From an uncultured virus (IMG/VR IMGVR_UViG_3300025099_000013) (Duplodnaviria; Heunggongvirae; Uroviricota; Caudoviricetes), in the IMG/VR virus record IMGVR_UViG_3300025099_000013: a stretch of DNA of 64,000 nt; one strand, 5' to 3'. The notes under the pieces are model-generated. The model was given only the letters and a program-made list of their open reading frames with translations. It did not search any database and was not told where the DNA came from. The position numbers and the translations under genes were made by a program. This document shows, one piece after another, positions 58,320 through 64,000 of the stretch. Each line of letters opens with the position of its first letter. Positions within the stretch are counted from its first letter, which is position 1.

Positions 58320-58610
58320 TCACACTGTTTTCTCCAGTTCACTCCCGGCCTTCCTGCCTACCTCCTCCTAGCGTTAATAGTATATAAAGGTATGTGACTC
58401 CCGACCTCTCCTCGAGAAGGCTCGCCTCCCTACCGGGGTCGAAGCCACCTCCTCTCTCATATTCGCTACTCTGGGGCGGAGCAGGGAGAGAGAGGCCTTT
58501 TAGGGCCTCCCCCGAGCCACCTCCCCATTGGAGTTTGACCGGAGAGCTCCGACGAGAAGGAGTACTCCTGAGTCCACTATGTTTATATAGTATGACTATG
58601 ATGAGGTAGT

Positions 58611-58724
58611 ATGGAAAAATGCGATGGATGCGACCATGAAGAACGACTGCCAATTAAGACCATATACGAGTTAGAGACCAATCGAACCTTGGTCCTATGC
58701 GACATGTGTCGTTCAATGATGTAA
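58611..58724 (+). CDS. 37-aa Zn-finger microprotein
   Basis: MEKCDGCDHEERLPIKTIYELETNRTLVLCDMCRSMM; the ATG is 29 nt after the TATA at 58582. Confidence 0.6.
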   Translation: MEKCDGCDHEERLPIKTIYELETNRTLVLCDMCRSMM

Positions 58725-58852
58725 ATTGGACCACAGGGGCGGGACCTATGTGTCCTGACCTTTGTCGCTTTGGGGTGAGCATTTTCCTCGACACAGGGGC
58801 GGGAGTTAGACCGTGAGACCTTTGTCGCCGAGTGAAGAGCATTGAGAGCCAT

Positions 58853-58897
58853 AAAAAAAGAGAGGAGAGTATGCACCACCGGTAGACTTGCTACCGG
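58853..58897 (-). terminator. Hairpin plus U-tract terminator-like element
   Basis: CCGGTAG/CTACCGG stem (58879-58897), followed on the - strand by a T7 tract. Confidence 0.45.
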
Positions 58898-58911
58898 CGG
58901 GCTTACAATAT

Positions 58912-59094
58912 TCAGACTTTACATCTAAATCCCCAATTCTTAAACCATGTTTCATAATCATATGGTATATGCTTAGTACATTCAACACACCATGTTTCAG
59001 TCAAAAAAGCACAACAATTACTTGTTGATTCTTTATCTTTTCTTGCACAGTATTCTTGGTACTTCTTCCATAATTCTATACTTGTTCGCATCAC
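58912..59094 (-). CDS. Small Cys-rich protein
   Basis: TATA at 59181-59188 and GGGGGTGA RBS. Confidence 0.6.
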   Translation of the reverse strand: MMRTSIELWKKYQEYCARKDKESTSNCCAFLTETWCVECTKHIPYDYETWFKNWGFRCKV

Positions 59095-59334
59095 TTATCA
59101 CCCCCCTTCATTATGCTTTCATTCTACATCTTTCAGTGGTTGAGCTCGTCGGCCAACCAATACGAAGTAGGGGCTGCCGATATATAAAACCAACACTATG
59201 CTCACGGGGGCGAGAGAAACGCCATTTTTTCTTTAAGAACCTACAGTTGTAGCATTCACTATAATAAAAAAAACCAAAGGCGCACCCGCACATCTAGCAC
59301 GGGCGGCTTTTGGTAATTCCGCTAAATGATAGGA

Positions 59335-59559
59335 TTATTCTATGATTTCAATACTAGATAATTCATTTCTGATAATTTCAATTTCTTCTTTCAATTCTTC
59401 AATTTCAAGTTTAATCAATTTCAACAATTTCCTTTTTCGATAATTACCTAAAGGGGTAAAAGTACAGAAAAAAGATAAAGCCGTTTTTTCAATAAATCTA
59501 TATCTTTCAATCGTCATTTGCATCCTATCATTCAAGTCATTTAATTCATTCATTTGCAT
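59335..59559 (-). CDS. Small coiled-coil protein
   Basis: 74-aa ORF with heptad repeats. Confidence 0.5.
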   Translation of the reverse strand: MQMNELNDLNDRMQMTIERYRFIEKTALSFFCTFTPLGNYRKRKLLKLIKLEIEELKEEIEIIRNELSSIEIIE

Positions 59560-59896
59560 GATTTCCCCAACCTATCCATTCTTATCAAATAGAAGCGATT
59601 TAAGGCCATGTAATGAAAAAATTAAGGAATGGATAACCCGCCCCTTGAAACAGTCTTACAAGTGTAACCAATGGTTCAATATTGGGTGTTTTGGGAAACT
59701 TACACAATTGCGGTTCTTCAAGGGGTTGGTATAGTTTTGATTTATGCCAATTTGGTTGAATTAATTCGTTCATTGATTGACGTTCATTTTTACTATTTAC
59801 TATCACTTACATTTGATTGGGCTGTACGTTGCGATAACCTGCTATTGTACGGGTGCTATGCACCCTTCACCCTATCCTAATCTAAGTCAATACACT

Positions 59897-60328
59897 TCAA
59901 AGTGATGCTTCGTAAGCACTAACACAACCCTTGCACCATCCATTGGATAGATTCTTAGGCAAAGCCCTAGATTCTAACTTCTGTTTTGGTGTTCTAGCAT
60001 CAAAAGCACTTGTTTTACGAAGTCCAAATGTTGCTTGATGGCGGGTTGTCACTAATACAGCAGTATTATGTGTGTGACAAATCGCACCAAAGTTTGCTTC
60101 ACGGCCACCGATTGATATGTTATTAATCCCTAGACAGTCAAAGACGGCTTTCGCCTTATCCTTACCTGCTTTGGGTAACTTATCCAATTTCACAAGTGAA
60201 ATCACGGAACCGCTAACGTCACGCATTCTAGGTTGGAACATCAGGCCGGAAGCCTTCTGTTTTGACGCCCATAGTGCGCTTGCTTCAGCAGCATTCATTG
60301 AAGTGTATGACTTAGCAGCCGAAGCCAC
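59897..60328 (-). CDS. Basic early protein with C..H...WCxxC motif
   Basis: 143 aa; upstream TATA at 60594-60601. Confidence 0.65.
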   Translation of the reverse strand: MASAAKSYTSMNAAEASALWASKQKASGLMFQPRMRDVSGSVISLVKLDKLPKAGKDKAKAVFDCLGINNISIGGREANFGAICHTHNTAVLVTTRHQATFGLRKTSAFDARTPKQKLESRALPKNLSNGWCKGCVSAYEASL

Positions 60329-60819
60329 TTAATCAGTCCTTAAATGATGATTATTTACCCGATTTGTTTATGTCCGTCTTGATAACTTTCATAGGTATTC
60401 GGAAGGCTAATTCTAGCCCTTGATTGACGCCTAGATGATAGATACACACCTAAGAACCGTTCATAGCCACTAACTTCTGACTAATATTCGATACCCTTTT
60501 CTGAATCGGACTATTTCACCGATTCACCCGAACAGCCGATTATTTGACTGAACACCCCTAACACTTAGCAGCAAACAGTCCTAGCCATATCCATATATAA
60601 AGAACCGCCAAAAACAGCCAAAAAACGCACTTCCGAGCAGCCTAGTGCGACCGAGAATTCTCTCTTATTTTTTTCGGAGTGACATTATAAACATAGTTTT
60701 ATTTAGATAGTGGCGAAAAGAAAGAGCGTGATTGATGACAAAAATTGGACTTGGGTTGATGACCTTATATGGCTTGCCCTATGGTTCGACGGTATGTATC
60801 TAATGATATGGTGGATTCT

Positions 60820-62325
60820 TTAGAATATCCGATAACGCCCACTTGACGGTCTGCTTCCGTATCTTGATTTCTTTTCCTTACCGTCATTCTGCAACCAAGT
60901 GCTGCCTTCAATCTTTGCGGTAGCGATAGGCATAGATGAATCCCATGTGTAAAATTGGTCAACAGCATGAGCAAGAGCCATGACACAATCGTTGTGCCGA
61001 CCAACATCTGCAATATCCCCCTGCTTCCAAACATGGTGGTCTAATTCTTCTAAGATAATATTCACGGTCCTTCTAGTTTTATCATCACCATAGGGGAAAT
61101 GAACCCGTTGTTGCTCGAACCAAACACGCAATCTATTCAAAAGAGCCTGTTTTAGTATCTTGTTACTGACCTTAGAGCCCCTAAAGTCCACCATAGCACC
61201 CCTCTCAAGCAGTAGTTGTTCGTAGAGGCGTTGAAAACCTGCCTCTTCACACGCAAAGGCCGGTCCATCGTATTTTTTGCACATAGACAGTATCTCATCG
61301 ACCTGCTTCGCAGGGGGAAAGTCATTACGTCTCCACATATCAACAAAATGAAGGTCACCTTGCTTGTCTTGCCTAACAACAACCATTACTGAAAAATCTC
61401 TTCCCAATCCGTGTGCTGGGTCGAACCCAATTGCATATTTACCCTCTAATTCCTTTCCTTTCATCAGTATATCGGTTGATTCTAAATGAGCCCTTGTATC
61501 ATACCTAGAATATACCTGTGCATCCACATCTACCACCTTACATAAGTATTCCTGTACGAATGCTAAATCCCCCATAGCATCTTTTTGTTCCATCAAGAAG
61601 TCTAGTGACCGATGTTCCGGCCATAAGCATTGTAAATCAACATTATCGGGGTCAGCCTTCCATTCATCCCAATTAGGAAATGCCGAGCCGTACCATGTTT
61701 TCCAAGCCTTATTCTCAAGCATTTCACTATGATAAAGGTCAGTCATCCCCATAGGTGTACCGACGCAATACATCCAAGTTCCGGGAGAAAGCATAGGTGT
61801 AATCTTTTTTCTAAACCAATGCCTAGTGGATTCGGGGGTAATGTCTCCTGTATCATCGAGTACGTCATCCATAGCAATACAAGCCGGATGCTCACCACGA
61901 ATAGCAGAACCTATACCGGTAGCCTTAATCCATGCCCCATTTGTGAATCTTAAATTAAGTTTTCCACCCCTTCGTGTATCAATAAACTTTCTAAGTTCTC
62001 TATGACGCATCATATCACCTCTTATTTCTTCTAGCCTGTTAGCGGCCAATTCTTTAGAGGCAGAGAATAACCATATAGTAAAAGGCTTATCACGCCATGT
62101 ATTGAATAAGCATTGATGGAGCATAACCATTCTTAGTGTTGTTGATTTACTGTGGTCACGTGGAGCAATAATACAAACACGGTGAACCTGCGAATCTCCC
62201 CTATCTCTATAAAGTTTATCCCATTCGCCTATGTGGTCGCCCCAAACATAACCAACCCATTCATAAAAATGCTTAAAGTCTGTTCTTGACCGTTCAATGT
62301 TGAAGCCTCTTAGAATATCACTCAT
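60820..62325 (-). CDS. terL: Terminase large subunit
   Basis: APRDHSKST Walker A, IRG, MDD Walker B, VGTP, GFDPA nuclease motif, HND.VMAL. Confidence 0.92.
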   Translation of the reverse strand: MSDILRGFNIERSRTDFKHFYEWVGYVWGDHIGEWDKLYRDRGDSQVHRVCIIAPRDHSKSTTLRMVMLHQCLFNTWRDKPFTIWLFSASKELAANRLEEIRGDMMRHRELRKFIDTRRGGKLNLRFTNGAWIKATGIGSAIRGEHPACIAMDDVLDDTGDITPESTRHWFRKKITPMLSPGTWMYCVGTPMGMTDLYHSEMLENKAWKTWYGSAFPNWDEWKADPDNVDLQCLWPEHRSLDFLMEQKDAMGDLAFVQEYLCKVVDVDAQVYSRYDTRAHLESTDILMKGKELEGKYAIGFDPAHGLGRDFSVMVVVRQDKQGDLHFVDMWRRNDFPPAKQVDEILSMCKKYDGPAFACEEAGFQRLYEQLLLERGAMVDFRGSKVSNKILKQALLNRLRVWFEQQRVHFPYGDDKTRRTVNIILEELDHHVWKQGDIADVGRHNDCVMALAHAVDQFYTWDSSMPIATAKIEGSTWLQNDGKEKKSRYGSRPSSGRYRIF

Positions 62326-62449
62326 ACTTTATACCGCCTATTGTTCCGCAAACCGGACATAGCCCCAATATATCTAAAAATATGTCATGGTCCATATAAG
62401 GGGCGGAGATAGAGTTCTCTCCACAGTATTCGCAATAAATCACGTTCAT
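62318..62449 (-). CDS. 43-aa Zn-ribbon microprotein
   Basis: MNVIYCEYCG...LCPVCG; overlaps both neighbouring genes. Confidence 0.6.
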   Translation of the reverse strand: MNVIYCEYCGENSISAPYMDHDIFLDILGLCPVCGTIGGIKYE

Positions 62450-63942
62450 TCCTCAAGAACGGGTTTGAACATACTTCCAATCATACCTTCTTCACGGTCA
62501 ATCAAATGAGCAGACATTCCGGCTTGTGAAAGATAACCTTTTCTGAAATGCCAACGGTCATGACCGGATAATGACGGTAATTGAATACAGAATGCACCAC
62601 CATGTTCTTTTAGTGCTTGATGGTGAAGATGACCTGTGAACCAAACACGGTATCTGCATTGACCCCACTTTTCCCATTCTTCACGAGCCATAGTGCTAGG
62701 TAATGCGTTTGCTCTAACACCATCACCATGAGTAAAGCCTAGAAGCGTATTTCCATACACAACATACTGTCTATTCATGTTAGGGTCAAGAATTACTTCA
62801 CAATCTTCACAATCTTTGTATGTTGCCTTAAGATAAAGCCCTAATGCTAAAGTAGAGTGCATATCGTGATTACCTGCCATGAAAACAATCTTAACAGGCG
62901 CAACACTTCTTAACATATCAATATGCTCCCTTGCTAATTCGCAACCATCTAAGAGAATCTGTGCCGGACTTCCGTACCTATCCTGAGCAGTACCTTTTGT
63001 TGTTGTACCTAAATCATTATCCACATGAAACCAATCAGACCCTGCTGCAACGATTATTTTCTCAGGAGCTCCGGGTAGGCGTGATGTTAAGGCACTAGTC
63101 GCTTCGTGAAGTCTTTTTCGTGCTTCATCAAAGTCATATCTTTCACCGACTTCATCTTCCCAACCATATTTACCATAGTGAAGGTCTGTTGGGGATATAA
63201 CAAGTGCATAAGGCTTAGTTTTTCCAATACTTAACTTTTTGATTGCTCTATTTTTAGGGTGGTGTATTTTTAGGTGTTCTATGAACGAATCTTCAAAGTT
63301 CCTCCATTTATTCGCATCTTTTTGAATCTCATCCCATTTTTTCTTTTCATAACTTAAATGTAGTGACCTTCTTCTTCGTAATAACAAATCATCCACTAAA
63401 TCATCAACAGAGTCAGCCATAACTAATTCTTCATCGGTAAAGGGGTCCATGTCGTGAGTCCAACCATAGATACGCCTATACTCATCAAACCACATTCTAG
63501 GAATCTGAAAATCCCTAGATATTTGCCCTACGCTTGATGCTTTTGTTACCATATTACTATATGCTGCTTTCATAGCCCTGTGAACGTCTCCACTTACAGT
63601 AATTGGCTTATTACCTGCTGCTTTGATAAAAGTAACGTACACATCAGTCTCAGAATTGTAATAATAAGGCTCATCAGAAATCCACGTTGCATCTGCGTCA
63701 TCAAGATTTAATTCCCCATCAGTAAAAGGGTCTGTCTGCGGTGCTTGTTCGGGATAAAACTTTCTGAATCGTGAAACTGTGGCCTTCCAAGAATCAACCG
63801 TTCTAGGACCTTCTCCATTTTCAACATAGTGTATATTATGTAAATATCTAGCAAACTGAGCATCAGTACCAGTCCACTTATCTAAATGTGGTACTATTCT
63901 CTTAATTGTGTGTTCTCGAAGTGCCTTACGCCTTTCTGCCAT
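62446..63942 (-). CDS. Calcineurin-like metallophosphoesterase with an N-terminal extension
   Basis: DLH, GSD, GNHD, HGD and GHLH motifs; ATG 63942 is the preferred start. Confidence 0.88.
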   Translation of the reverse strand: MAERRKALREHTIKRIVPHLDKWTGTDAQFARYLHNIHYVENGEGPRTVDSWKATVSRFRKFYPEQAPQTDPFTDGELNLDDADATWISDEPYYYNSETDVYVTFIKAAGNKPITVSGDVHRAMKAAYSNMVTKASSVGQISRDFQIPRMWFDEYRRIYGWTHDMDPFTDEELVMADSVDDLVDDLLLRRRRSLHLSYEKKKWDEIQKDANKWRNFEDSFIEHLKIHHPKNRAIKKLSIGKTKPYALVISPTDLHYGKYGWEDEVGERYDFDEARKRLHEATSALTSRLPGAPEKIIVAAGSDWFHVDNDLGTTTKGTAQDRYGSPAQILLDGCELAREHIDMLRSVAPVKIVFMAGNHDMHSTLALGLYLKATYKDCEDCEVILDPNMNRQYVVYGNTLLGFTHGDGVRANALPSTMAREEWEKWGQCRYRVWFTGHLHHQALKEHGGAFCIQLPSLSGHDRWHFRKGYLSQAGMSAHLIDREEGMIGSMFKPVLEE

Positions 63943-64000
63943 GAGATATCCCACTATATACCCCATACTTAAGTATATCGCCTAACGGAAGGCTTTTAAC

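Larger units (their letters stand above)
44181..58589. promoter_or_regulatory. Family of 14 promoters: CTCnnGAG-N9-(T/A)TTATAT(A)
   Basis: Leftmost box coordinates: 44198(-), 46131(-), 49070(-), 49181(+), 52336(-), 52362(+), 53671(-), 53684(+), 54257(+), 55501(+), 55873(+), 56426(+), 58398(-, one mismatch), 58565(+). The spacer is 9 nt in every case. Confidence 0.85.
49082..58825 (+). repeat. Dispersed, same-strand bipartite motif GGGGCGGG-N15/16-CCTTT
   Basis: Copies at about 49082, 50181, 53141, 54169, 56304, 56351, 57765, 57844, 58473, 58736 and 58796; some are degenerate. Confidence 0.75.

Noticed and set aside
50181..58803. G-rich motif as an archaeal ORB G-string
   Set aside because: The upstream TTCCA...GAAAC dyad of ORBs is not consistently present.
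57753..58828. Repeats as a mini-CRISPR array
   Set aside because: The conserved parts are short and bipartite with a variable middle, and occur as two separate pairs rather than a repeat-spacer series.
57649..59293. Short ORFs 57649, 58339, 58394, 58583, 58654, 58806 and 59111
   Set aside because: They run across promoters and repeats, have atypical composition and lack RBSs.
62399..62409. GGGGCGGAG resembling the polarised motif
   Set aside because: It lies inside a small CDS and lacks the CCTTT half.
25311..62449. Many proteins ending in EEE/EE
   Set aside because: Explained by the purine-rich RBS and ATGA overlap of the next gene (GAGGAAGAATGA).

Overview
A 64-kb segment of a long-tailed (siphovirus-like) dsDNA virus of archaea. 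Its gene content most resembles the marine 'magroviruses' associated with Poseidoniales/MG-II; this host assignment is inferred from gene content, not from a search. Layout: (1) 1-22.5 kb, + strand virion module: 5'-truncated collagen-like fibre, 2OG-Fe(II) oxygenase, small membrane proteins, head-tail connectors, tail tube, frameshifting tail chaperone, tape measure and a 3233-aa tail-tip protein. (2) 22.5-41 kb, - strand archaeal-type replisome: ERCC4 nuclease, PriS-PriL primase, Cas4-like nuclease, PolB, clamp, Sak4/RecA-like ATPase, SSB, RFC and MCM, with an embedded deoxyribosyltransferase/DUF2156/methyltransferase block. (3) 41-60.7 kb, an 'early' region of small genes plus ArdC and an XPB-like helicase. 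(4) Terminase large subunit and a metallophosphoesterase. Main unexplained signals: four proteins (PolB, a stand-alone DUF2156 aminoacyl-tRNA-transferase-like protein, a DNA methyltransferase and a 221-aa protein) share a C-terminal EWL clamp-binding-like tail, suggesting replisome-tethered DNA modification; 14 promoters have the form CTCnnGAG-N9-TATA with invariant spacing; a strand-polarised GGGGCGGG-N15/16-CCTTT element recurs in the early region; and several long structured non-coding RNAs occur, including a ~410-nt one with two predicted pseudoknots. No tRNA, rRNA, CRISPR array, portal or major capsid gene was recognised. All family calls are by-eye motif recognition.
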